Source: Ostrea edulis
Taxonomy: Eukaryota
Assembly (NCBI RefSeq): GCF_947568905.1
Contig: NC_079170.1
Span: forward strand, 62,620,001-62,684,000
Reading direction: 5' to 3'
Length of the DNA stretch: 64,000 nt
Positions 37,470 to 48,879 of this stretch are shown here, piece after piece. Position numbers and translations under genes: made by a program. The number at the start of each line of letters is the position of its first letter. The first letter of the stretch is position 1. The notes under the pieces were generated by a model that searched no databases, was not told the DNA's origin, and saw only the letters and a program-made list of their open reading frames with translations.

Positions 37470-39739
37470 ATCTGTTATTACTGTGTACATACACGTCTAT
37501 CTGTAATTACTGTGTACATACACGTCTATCTGTAATTACTGTGTACATACACGTCTATCTGTATTTACTGTGTACATACACGTCTATCTGTAATTACTGT
37601 GTACATACACGTCTATCTGTAATTACTGTGTACATACACGTCTATCTGTAATTACTGTGTACATACACGTCTATCTGTAATTACTGTGTACATACACGTC
37701 TATCTGTAATTACTGTGTACATACACGTCTATCTGTAATTACTGTGTACATACACGTCTATCTGTAATTACTGTGGGTGTACATACACGTCTATCTGTAA
37801 TTACTGTGGGTGTACATACACGGTGTATCTGTAATTACTGTGGGTGTACATACACGGTGTATCTGTAATTACTGTGGGTGTACATACAAGATATATCTGT
37901 AATTACTGTGGGTGTACATACACGGTGTATCTGTAATTACTGTGGGTGTACATACACGTCTATCTGTAATTACTGTGGGTGTACATACACGTCTATCTGT
38001 AATTACTGTGGGTGTACATACACGTCTATCTGTAATTACTGTGGGTGTACATACACGGTGTATCTGTAATTACTGTGGGTGTACATACACGGTGAAACTG
38101 TAATTACTGTGGGTGTACATACACGGTGAAACTGTAATTACTGTGGGTGTACATACACGGTGAAACTGTAATTACTGTGGGTGTACATACACGGTGTATC
38201 TATAATTACTGTAGGTGTACATACACGGTGTATCTGTAATTACTGTGGGTGTACATACACGGTGAAACTGTAATTACTGTGGGTGTACATACACGTCTAT
38301 CTGTAATTACTGTGGGTGTACATACACGGTGTATCTATAATTACTGTAGGTGTACATACACGGTGTATCTGTAATTACTGTGGGTGTACATACACGGTGA
38401 AACTGTAATTACTGTGGGTGTACATACACGTCTATCTGTAATTACTGTGGGTGTACATACACGTCTATCTGTAATTACTGTGGGTGTACATACACGTCTA
38501 TCTGTAATTACTGTGGGTGTACATACACGGTGTATCTGTAATTACTGTGGGTGTACATACACGGTGAAACTGTAATTACTGTGGGTGTACATACACGGTG
38601 AAACTGTAATTACTGTGGGTGTACATACACGGTGTATCTATAATTACTGTAGGTGTACATACACGGTGTATCTGTAATTACTGTGGGTGTACATACACGT
38701 CTATCTGTAATTACTGTGGGTGTACATACATGTCTATCTGTAATTACTGTGGGTGTACATACACGTCTATCTGTAATTACTGTGGGTGTACATACACGTC
38801 TATCTGTAATTACTGTGGGTGTACATACACGGTGTATCTGTAATTACTGTGGGTGTACATACACGTCTATCTGTAATTACTGTGGGTGTACATACACGTC
38901 TATCTGTAATTACTGTGGGTGTACATACACGTCTATCTGTAATTACTGTGGGTGTATGTACACGGTGTATCTGTAATTACTGTGGGTGTACATACACGTC
39001 TATCTGTAATTACTGTGGGTGTATGTACACGGTGTATCTGTAATTACTGTGGGTGTACATACACGTCTATCTGTAATTACTGTGGGTGTAGATACACGGT
39101 GAAACTGTAATTACTGTGGGTGTACATACACGGTGAAACTGTAATTGCTGTGGGTGTACATACACGGTGTATCTGTAATTACTGTGGGTGTACATACACG
39201 TCTATCTGTAATTACTGTGGGTGTACATACACAGTGTATCTGTAATTACTGTGGGTGTACATACACGGTGTATCTGTAATTACTGTGGGTGTACATACAC
39301 GTCTATCTGTAATTACTGTGGGTGTACATACACGTCTATCTGTAATTACTGTGGGTGTACATACACGGTGAAACTGTAATTACTGTGGGTGTACACACAC
39401 ATCTATCTGTAATTACTGTGGGTGTACATACACGGTGTATCTGTAATTACTGTGGGTGTACATACACGTCTATCTGTAATTACTGTGGGTGTACATACAC
39501 GTCTATCTGTAAGTACTGTGGGTGTACATACACGGTGTACCTGTAATTACTGTGGGTGTACATACACGGTGTATCTGTTATTACTGTGGGTGTACATACA
39601 CAGTCTATCTGTAATTACTGTGGGTGTACATACACGGTGAAACTGTAATTACTGTGGGTGTACATACACGGTGTATTTGTAATTACTGTGGGTGTACATA
39701 CACGGTGTACCTGTTATTACTGTGGGTGTACATACACGT
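37470..39739. repeat. ~2.3-kb minisatellite: ~10 units of 29 bp, then ~60 units of 33/34 bp; lies in intron 4 of gene B
   Basis: Units TCTATCTGTAATTACTGTGTACATACACG and (TCTAT/GGTGTAT/GGTGAAA)CTGTAATTACTGTGGGTGTACATACACG; explains the spurious CNYCGCTYT and SVITVGVHTR ORFs. Confidence 0.97.
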
Positions 39740-40007
39740 GTGGAAACCAGTATATTGCATTATAACAAAATGAAGAAATCGGTATTGGGTCTAGAGATAC
39801 TTAACTTTTGAATGTCAATACCCCCCCCCCCCTCTCAAATACCAAGAATTCTGCATTTGGACATTTGTTAACGCTGTGTTATATTGTTCTCTATATCGGC
39901 AACAAAGCTCATCATATACAAACAAACTGAACACTGCTTTATACTGTTACAAAGTTATCAGTGTGAAAGATCAGAAGCGACACACGGGGGCGTTTTAAAT
40001 AGCCTAC

Positions 40008-40106
40008 TTTTCTGTTGGAGGTGTCGTGTTGTTTCCGGCAGGCTGCACACTGCCAATAAGGCGGCGGAGGGCTATTTTCTTCACTTCTGATTATGCTTTC
40101 TTCCAC
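40008..40106 (-). CDS. stum-like gene B, exon 4 (PPPY motif plus first CxxC of the FYVE-like finger)
   Basis: Acceptor CATTTCAG|GTG and donor AAA|GTAGGC; 99 nt, phase 0-0; VEESIIRSEENSPPPPYWQCAACRKQHDTSNRK. Not in the ORF track. Confidence 0.75.
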
Positions 40107-41588
40107 CTGAAATGTTGAAAGTTGTCCATATACTAAAGAAACAATACAAAAGCTGAATATATCAACAAATTTAAAAGAAAAAAGAATACCTCATCTTCTG
40201 TGATTAATAACCTCGCCTGGGAATCGTGTACAACCCATGTTTGCTAGAGCGCTTATATTTGGAAGGGAAAAAAACCCAGAAAAAAATATAAACCAGTGCG
40301 AGTTCTGGCTCTGGGCACGACATATCCCAGACTTGTCATTACCCTTTATACAGCAGTAATACAGAAATGAAAGAAATACGTATAGCGATTTCTTGTAATG
40401 AAGCATTTAAATTTTTTCGGCGTGTATTCAATCATGCTGATACTTAGCAACTTTGTGCCCAAAAGAATATTCAGTAACGTGCGTTGCTTCTATAAAACAA
40501 TAAATTAAGCATTGTAAACGCATGTATTTACATTAAAGTCAGTCAATAAGTTGTAAACGTCATGAAATAATGATGGCTGCTTGAAATCTTCATGATTGGC
40601 TTGTGATATCATTGTGATTGTAATTTATCAAACCTGTCCTTCTAATAAACTTCATGCTCAGAAGGTTGTTTCCCATAATAAATTCATGTATCTACATGTA
40701 TAATAGGGCAATATTGAATTAATATAGGATCGGGATAGCTTGTAGGGATATATTGTTAAAATTTTACCGAGTTGCAAATATAAACCCGTAGCAGTACTTT
40801 TTGAGCATCCTATATAAAATTTTACATTTTGATGTGACGTAAGGTTTGATCGGACCCCAGGTACACAATAATTATGATAAAATATTGACTAGAAAAAAAT
40901 AGCTATATACGTGGTCTGTAGTGGCGGATCCAGCGCCGGGCGCGCCATCTTTTTCAAAATAATGGAAGTAATCGATATTAGAGATACGATGCTGGGTTTT
41001 TTTTTATTTGAAAAGCACTACGATATTTACGTAAACTGTTTGATTTCATCCCAGATGAAACAAATCGGTCTGCCTTACAGGTACATGTATAATGTATTCA
41101 TTGTGCACATGTAGTTTTAAAAACTAATAGCGGCTGTAAGTTTGAACATCAAGTTAATTGACTTTAGATTTAGAGGAATGAGGATTATCAGATTTATTGC
41201 GTTAGATTATGTGTAAAACACTATAGGGTAGCTAGATATGTACAGATCTAAGAATTGGTAGTTACTTGGTCAACACTCAGCTCGTTGTGGAAAGAAAATG
41301 TGCCAAAAAACACAGGTCGTAATTTGAATCTAATCTTATTTATTTCTCTACAACTATAGTTTTTTTTTTGTAGCATATCATTTTATTTACAGCATACCGA
41401 AATACTGATATCTTTACATGAATTTAACATAAAAATTGAGCATGCGTACCTTTAATTTTTGCCCAAATTAAATATGACTTATTATAATCATATTTAATTG
41501 ATATCATATAAATCATACTTTTGTTACGTCCACTTATCCATGGGTCAAAATGATGAGTTGCCAATAAGAATTAAAAGAAAATTCTTAC

Positions 41589-41830
41589 CATTTCTAAATT
41601 TCGGTCGGGCTCGGGCTCTGCCGGAACTTCCGTTTCCTCTGGATCCGCTGTTTGTCCTGGCATGGAATACCCTGGGGGTGGTGTCCGATACATTTCATAC
41701 GGCGGCGGTGGGCTGTGGTATCTCGTGTTAGACCTAGCCCGCATTGGGTAAATAAGGTTTGATCGGGGCCGCAGACGCCGCCGACTGTCAGTTCTCCAGT
41801 TTGATTGATTAGACTCCTTGTAATAATCGG
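41589..41830 (-). CDS. stum-like gene B, exon 3 (PPPY and PPGY motifs)
   Basis: Acceptor CCATTTCAG|CC, phase 1 (A-DYYKESNQ...HSPPPPYEMYRTPPPGYSMPG...RNLEM); donor ATG|GTAAGA, phase 0; 242 nt. The ORF track shows a different frame here. Confidence 0.82.
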
Positions 41831-41943
41831 CTGAAATGGTTCATTTATATATATCACTATTTGAATTATATCTATTCAACTGATATTGATAAATCATAAA
41901 TCGCTGAAGGTCAGCTTAATTTTCTGCCCTCACTTTGTATTAC

Positions 41944-42129
41944 CTGAATTTCCTATCAAAGATACGCCCCAGATCCCGCTCCAAATCCAACCAATCAGAA
42001 AGCAGGATACCATGATTAGCTGGAGGACTCCAATAGCCACCACGACGATACAGGACGAGTATTTCTGTTTCCGTGTGATGTCATCAGTTTTGGCACAACA
42101 TAGGACGGATATGCCTGATATCATGGTAC
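41944..42129 (-). CDS. stum-like gene B, exon 2 (membrane segments)
   Basis: Acceptor ACTTAG|GT and donor TCAG|GTAATA; 186 nt, phase 1-1, same length as gene A exon 2; GTMISGISVLCC...GVLQLIMVSCFLIGWIWSGIWGVSLIGNS. Confidence 0.9.
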
Positions 42130-42210
42130 CTAAGTATATGGATTTCAGATTAATCGAAACTAGTTTTAAATCAACGTAATTTATGAGTTTGTACAATTAT
42201 ACATGGCAAC

Positions 42211-42362
42211 ACTTGTAGAATGAGCACATCACTAAGCTGTGAAAGACCTGAGTAAGACTTCCATCACTAAGCTGTGAAAGACCTGAGTAAGGCTTCCATC
42301 ACTAAGCTGTGAGAGACCTGAGTAAGGCTTTCACAGCTTAGTGATGCGCTCATTCTCCAAGT
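42211..42362. repeat. Small foldback element with a 35-bp internal triplication
   Basis: 35-bp TIR (ACTTGTAGAATGAGCACATCACTAAGCTGTGAAAG, 2 mismatches to the right arm); unit CATCACTAAGCTGTGARAGACCTGAGTAAGRCTTY at 42227, 42262 and 42297. Confidence 0.85.
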
Positions 42363-42519
42363 TATCAAAAAATATTGTATATTTAATCTTATAATTGCAT
42401 CAATATGCATAATATGTCACTTTTATCATGACACGACATCGATGCTGAGGAAGGTACAAATTGTCCAGATAAATGCTCTATAGTCCCCCCCCCCCCTCTT
42501 TAAACCGCCTCATTCAAAA

Positions 42520-42676
42520 GACCCGTGGCTCTCACTTGTAAAGGCCAAGTATTTGGTAAAGGAACATTCACTTCCTATTTTAATAACTTTGACGCATCCA
42601 AGGTTAGACTGGACTCGAACCCATGACCTCTCAGTCTCGGTCACGGAACGAACGCTGATACCACTGAGCCACCGTA
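42520..42676 (-). mobile_element. tRNA-derived SINE, 5' part
   Basis: Minus strand begins CGGTGGCTCAGTGGT (A box) ... GGTCATGGGTTCGAGTCC (B box), followed by a body shared with other local SINE fragments. Confidence 0.7.
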
Positions 42677-42913
42677 AGGTACTTTTTGAGGTATGGATAT
42701 TAAGAGAAGTGAATTAAGAGATCTAATAATTGTCAAGTTTATGCTCATCTATTGAAAATCGGATTCGCATTATCAAATGATGGTCGACAGTGATGTTTAA
42801 AGTTGATCGAGATACCTGTATATTGGATAAATCCGTAGAACTATAAATATCAAGTGAATGACAATTTAGTCGGACACACAGAATTCAACTCTCATAATAC
42901 ATAATTCGCATAC

Positions 42914-43235
42914 CTACTCCAGGCAAAATGAAGTTCATTACACAACACACCACTGCTAGTTCTAGAGGTAGAATTGGTAAGATGATGGAGTCATCGCTAA
43001 GATCATCGTCATCATCGTCGTCGGGAATATCCTCAGTCAACCATGACTGGCGTCTTTCCGGGTACCGCGGAGGATCCCTAGACAAAATGACCGTGTGGTC
43101 AGCTGTGGGCGATACGGTCACGGTATTTGCACCACCGGACGATTCGGTCACATGATTGTCTCTAGGTGGTGATGTATTCACAGTGCGATCACCGCCGGAT
43201 GTTCCGGGCAGTTCATTGACACCACCGGACGACAT
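42914..43235 (-). CDS. stum-like gene B, first coding exon (Ser/Thr-rich, PPRY, acidic run, start of the stum domain)
   Basis: ATG at 43235; ends ILPILPLELAVVCCVMNFILPGV-G; donor GTAG|GTATGC, phase 1; 322 nt. Confidence 0.87.
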
Positions 43236-44301
43236 TACTCAGTTAATTTACACCGGAATTTGACATGGATTTTCACTAACATAATAGTTTTCAACGGAAA
43301 ACTTAGTCCGTGTGTATTCCATTTATCCTTAGCAAAAACTGTGTTGAATAATCCCAAGACATGAGTGCATTCTTCTTCGTTAAGCGCAAAGACTGAATTT
43401 TCATGAGACTTGAAAGGAGTTTAAAATCCAATCTTAATGAAATATTCCCAATATTGGTGTAAGATGGCAAAAATAGAACCAATTAAAACCAGCTCGATAC
43501 AAAACACGCGACTTAAACTGGCGGTTCGTTGAACAGAAAAAATGTTTTGACAAAAAATGATTTCAAAGCTGCTTTCCTTTTCACCGTGGGTTAATTTTGT
43601 TTGTTTGTCTGAACATAGATATAGCTTTAAACCATTGGAGTCCCTCGTTCCAGACCCAAGATTAATTGACAAAGGCATGGAATTCTAGATTCAATATCTG
43701 TGTGCTAATCTCGAGAATGATATTGTATGAATAGATAATATGTATTTAATAAATCCATGATTGTGAAAAGTTGTAATTGTTTAAATTTCCGATGTTAATC
43801 TTTTGATAAACCTTAACATTGTCGCGATAAATTCTATAGTTGCGGAAGCATGGATCTTAAATGAAGGATTGAATGTATATGTCATATTGACAGGGGACCT
43901 ATCGTACATTATACTGCCCATAGAAGTAGATAGGTGGTATGGAATTCCAGCAATTGATAGGAATTGCAATCTCTGAAATACTGGTAAATTAGCCGATGAA
44001 TGCCTTTTTATCTTAGAATCCACTTTTCGAAAAGCATTTTTGGCTTCTAGATATTGTCATGTACTACCGGTAAATACACTGAAATTTAGAAAATTTATGA
44101 CATCAAACTTTAAAACATAAAAAAACTATGTATTTCTATTTCTAAAATTCAGAAGATAGTCTGCTGTCCACTCTAACGTGTATTCATGTTAAATGTATAC
44201 ATTATGCCCCGCCTCTATTTTGTGTTAAATGAACATATGTGCATGTACTATTAATATATTTGTACTCTTGGCAATATTGTTTTATAATTATGAAATTATA
44301 C

Positions 44302-44305
<4 letters not shown>

Positions 44306-44363
<58 letters not shown>
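44306..44363. repeat. (GT)n microsatellite
   Basis: Direct reading. Confidence 0.95.
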
Positions 44364-44365
<2 letters not shown>

Positions 44366-45271
44366 CTCCTTGTGATTGGGTTGATTGAATAAATGAATTG
44401 AAATTGTCACCTTGCTCAAATTTGACTGTATCTAAAGGTCACATTGGTCACTGTTGTTGTTTGTTCTTGGTCGTTGGTGTTTTTTTTGTTTGTTTTTTTT
44501 TGTTGTTTTTTTTTGTTGTTGTTTTTTTTTTAATTTTACAAGTATATGTAATTATCTTGAAATTAAAACATACAACACTTTGCAGTATCATATAAACTAT
44601 TTACTATTACAAAAGACAATATTCATAGATGTATTTACATCATGACTGTATAAAGTAATTGAAATGCAGATAGTAACTTTAAAGCTTTATGTTCAAGATC
44701 TTATTGCTTGATGTCATAGCTGTGATTTATAAGTCGCAGTGTCAGACAAAATACTGGATTGAACGGTATTCAACTACATCATTTGTAAAGAAATGACTAA
44801 GTCAGCACCATCTTGAAATATGCATATGTAATTATGGTATCATTAGTAATCTTTCCTTTTCTCCGATTCACCTGGGATTTTGATAAACATATGAATATTT
44901 CGTTTCTCTCATTTCTCTCGGGACATATGTTTATTTAGCGGGTGGGTTCACTCTAGTTAACGTTTTAAGAACAGAATAAGAACACCTAAACCCTTCTTAG
45001 CCCATTCCTTCCTAGTTTGGCATCTCCACTCTGAAATCGTGATTTTTGAAAGTTTTTATTAGTGTTAGCAACGCCATTGTGAACACGGTCAGTTAACATG
45101 ATGGCACATTCAATGTTGGTTTTCAGATTTACCATGTCCAATTTTCAAATTTTAGGTTTGTGGTGTAGATGTTCTTACATACTGTCATAATTTTGGAGTT
45201 TCACTAATTCTGTTTATTTGTTTATTTTGTATGCATGCTCAGCATTTATTGCTCTATACTGTTATCACAAT

Positions 45272-45624
45272 GGGTAACGGGATATGTCTTGTCAGCGTCC
45301 TGCACTAGTGGTCGCCGATGTTCTCATGGGAATATAAGGGCTCATTGTTTATATTCCTGATTAAGGTTAGCCATTATCGGTGCTTTGTGATTTTGGCTGG
45401 GAACCTTGAAGTCTGAGGGACATGCCCAAGTTTGAGTCAGTTCTGTATTGGCGTTTAATACAGATGGATGTCAGTTCTGCTCCGTAAGCAGATGGACTGA
45501 TGTGTATATTGAACTACAACTATTTGAAGTTGTTCAACATAAATGTTGTGTGTAAATATGTGTATATTTGTAAATAAACTGTAAATATAACATCTGCCTT
45601 ATTCTTGGACATTAGCACGTTACA
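45272..45624 (+). mobile_element. 5' LTR of a truncated Ty3/Gypsy-like retrotransposon (left boundary uncertain)
   Basis: Ends in GTTACA 4 nt before the PBS; AATAAA near 45574; left end is probably the degenerate GGTAACGG near 45272. Confidence 0.55.
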
Positions 45625-45628
45625 ATGT

Positions 45629-45646
45629 TGGTGGCAGCGGTGGGAT
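45629..45646 (+). promoter_or_regulatory. Primer binding site complementary to the tRNA-Leu 3' end
   Basis: TGGTGGCAGCGGTGGGAT is the reverse complement of ATCCCACCGCTGCCA+CCA, the 3' end of metazoan tRNA-Leu(AAG/TAG) as I recall it. Confidence 0.8.
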
Positions 45647-45662
45647 CATTATTACAAGTGAT

Positions 45663-46292
45663 ATGACAAAAAATTTAGATACTCCAACTGTGCTATTAGG
45701 AATAAGACGTAATAGGACAGATACAGGAATAGGGGCAGTGACATCCACCCCTCATGAGATCCAGTGTATAGAAAGAGAATGTGCAGCGCTTGATCGAGAA
45801 ATACGCAATACTACAGCGGCACTCAGAAACAATAGTTACAATGATGATCATCAAAGTATCAGGGATTTCATGAAACCTTTAGTACGTCCAGCTGCATATG
45901 ATGGGTCTGAGCCGTGGGATGATTATAAAGTCCAGTTTGAACTTGTGGCGGAGATAAATGGATGGGAGGACATAAGGAAGTCCATGTTCTTAGCGTCCTC
46001 GTTAAGGGGTGCTGCACAAGGAGTGTTAGCTGATCTGGAGCCAGGGAAACGACGTTCCTATGTTGAATTGTCAACTGCACCAAGTCGCCGTTTTGGATCC
46101 GAGAACAGAACTGAATTGTTCCGAGTTCAGCTAAAAAAACCTTGTCCGGAAAATAGACCAATCACTTTCGGAGTTAGCTCAATATATAAAACGATTGAGC
46201 AGAAAAGCTTACCCTAATGCTCCGCGAGATCTACTGGACACATTGTGTCGGGATCATTTCATAGATGCCCTTACTGACTCCGACATGAAACT
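45663..46292 (+). pseudogene. Gypsy-type gag fragment, frameshifted and 3'-truncated
   Basis: PAAYDGSEPWDDYKVQFELVAEINGW...LASSLRGAA...RRFG; after a 1-nt shift in the A-run near 46133-46139 it continues QSLSELAQYIKRLSRKAYPNAPRDLLDTLCRDHFIDALTDSDMKL. No pol follows. Confidence 0.88.
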
Positions 46293-48188
46293 TTACGAAA
46301 ACAAGTTTCAGAACTGTGCCTCAAACGTTTAAAAAGAACAAAAAAAGTGGGGATTATGTATAATATTTCGAATATATTGACTTGAGCATCAATACACTAC
46401 GCATTGCGGATGTACCTGTAGTTTTTTCTCGGTATATTACTATGCCTATGATCCCACTGACCTAATTCCCTCTTGATCGGCCACATCCACCATGAGTCCT
46501 ATATCTTGATGAAATGGAGTAGTCCATAAAAATGCTAGTATGAAGTACGTCAGACAGCATTGTATGCTGCATTTGCAAATTAGAGCATCATGCCGACCAT
46601 ATTTTGTTTTTGAAATGCTGACTTTAAGCGAGATTACCCCTATAATATCAACTTACTCGTCAGTAGCCTGTTGTAATATTTAACGAAGAGTTCGTGGTCA
46701 TGACAATTTAATATTGCGAAAAAAAAATCATGTGTAAGAGTTATTAGTTGTATTTTGTGTATAAAAAGCCACAATTGATACATGTACAAAAACGCAGAGA
46801 ATCATGGACATTATCAGAATTGTCAACATACACTGTTTTTCTGTATTTCATTGAACATTTCTGATGGGCATTTTATAATGCTAAATGTGCGAATACTTGA
46901 TGCAGGAAAAGATTGAATTTTAAGTGCGCGTTACCAATATTTCAAATTTTGTAGATCGTACGTCATTTACATGTATGTCACAGGATGAAGGTAAGGTTTG
47001 CGACATTTTGACATGTAGCGAACAAAGACATGTTGCATATCAGTATGTTCAGTAGGAATTTATCTTTTAAAAATTGACTTTTAAAAAAAAAAAAATCGCC
47101 CGTGTCGTTTTTTGACCAGATGGGCTTATTTTTGTGATGTTTTACATTTTCGGGATCTTTGTACAAAAGGGAATACTAGTGGTATAAAAACTACACGAGG
47201 CAAACTTATGGGGTAAAAAGCTGGTATAATTTTTCAAAAGAGTATTATCTATAAGATTATACTAATTGGTAGAAAAATCTTATTTTAAAACACCAAAAAA
47301 TAGCACTTTTTATATCTTGAATAAAATTTAAATTGGTTGCCATAGCAACAAAAAATGTATATTGAACAGCTTTATAAGATCTACGTCAGAAAAAATTTAC
47401 TTTAAAAATAATATCTGGACCATAAATATTTAAGAAAGAATATAGAATTACTACCCACCGGGCATAAATTCCGTGTTACATTAGCCCGAACCTGTCTTAT
47501 ATACTACATCTTTGAAATAATTTCCCTCTCCTTGTTCCATTGCTTGATGTTTGTTTACAACTGTAACCTTCGGGACAATATAAAGTATAAAGCCCGGTCA
47601 GTGGTGGATCTAGAGGAGGGGGGGGGGGGGGCGGGTAACGTAAAGTTAGTAAAAATTACACTAATAAATCTGTTTTATGTCGACGTTATGCAAATGTTCC
47701 TCAGACAAAATTAAGACTATTTTAAGATGTACTAAAGAAGACCCCTTTTTTATTCTTACATGATCAGATCAGTCGCGTTTTCTACATTTCAAAGTTTATG
47801 CGACAAATCGCTCTATCAGTGCATGTAGATGTCATAGCATTGAAATATGAAGTGCATGTAATTAGAGAGCATTGTCGGGTTTATTTTTAAAAATGCTTGT
47901 GAATATCATAAAAATTCCTAGCTTCGTTAATTTCGAACCTTGACTTTGTGGATACTATTCACAAACAATGATCGATTATAACAGCATCAAAATAAATCCT
48001 ACTTTCCCTACTGAGCAAGATTCGCAGAGATTACATGGTCACAACATAATTTTAATGGAAATTAACCGTAGCGCATACTATATATGTATATATATATAAA
48101 AAAAATGTAGACTTTCATAATATCAAAGAAAATAATTTATAAATGATCATTTGAGAAACATTATTATTATTTTGTCATAGAGGGTTAC

Positions 48189-48866
48189 TGTAATGATTCC
48201 GGATATTTGAGGTACGACCATGCGGAGTTCTCAATTAGTCACTTTCCATCACGTGATCTAATATTTTTTAATTTGTGTATAAGTACCGAGACTCCGCAGT
48301 CGTCTGTGTCATTTGTTGCTAGCGTTCAGCAGTATAAGTTTGTAAATTAAGTAAAGTACAATTCCTCGCCTGTTCTTACAGTTAGAGAGTGAATTTAGAA
48401 GGCCATCAGAAGTCTGGCCTGCCACGAAGAGGTTGACCTCCAGTAAAGAGGCTAGCCATAGTTTGTTTTCTTTGGTGTCGTCCGCATTGGCTGAACAGAC
48501 CGTCGATCAGGCCGCTATACTCATTGTCCGTCCTGAATAAGGCATCCTACAGTGAGTGTAGTGGTTGAAGGGCTACCACATATACTGTCCGTCCTGAATA
48601 AGGCGTCCTACAGTATATGGTGTAATCCGAGGGCGACTGGGCTCTACATTTTGTTAAGTTAGCACTACCAGTTATCGTTGCTTGCCTCTGATTGATATAG
48701 TGATTCTCTGTTTGATTATAATTTACCTAGATAAGGTTAAGACATATTTGTATATTTTGGCAGTCCACTAAAATCATACCAATTAGTTTAAATTAACTAT
48801 TGTTGAATATCCCAAACCCTGGAATTGACCACGTACGATCCCAGAAGTTAATGTAAATACGTTACA
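48189..48866. mobile_element. Probable solo LTR, 678 bp
   Basis: TGTAAT...GTTACA termini with TTAC on both flanks (4-bp TSD); internal direct repeat TGTCCGTCCTGAATAAGGCRTCCTACAGT x2. Confidence 0.65.
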
Positions 48867-48879
48867 TTACACATACGCC

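Noticed and set aside
37878-39640. Cys-rich repetitive ORFs (CNYCGCTYTS / SVITVGVHTR)
   Set aside because: Translations of the 33/34-bp minisatellite; frames shift with unit length and the array is intronic.
41594-41857. ORF MIYINEPFQPIIT... as exon 3 of gene B
   Set aside because: Wrong frame; the phase-1 junction from exon 2 gives ADYYKE..., matching gene A's NEYYLD.
46133-46139. Programmed ribosomal frameshift in gag
   Set aside because: It lies mid-capsid rather than at a gag-pol junction and no pol follows; a simple homopolymer indel is more likely.
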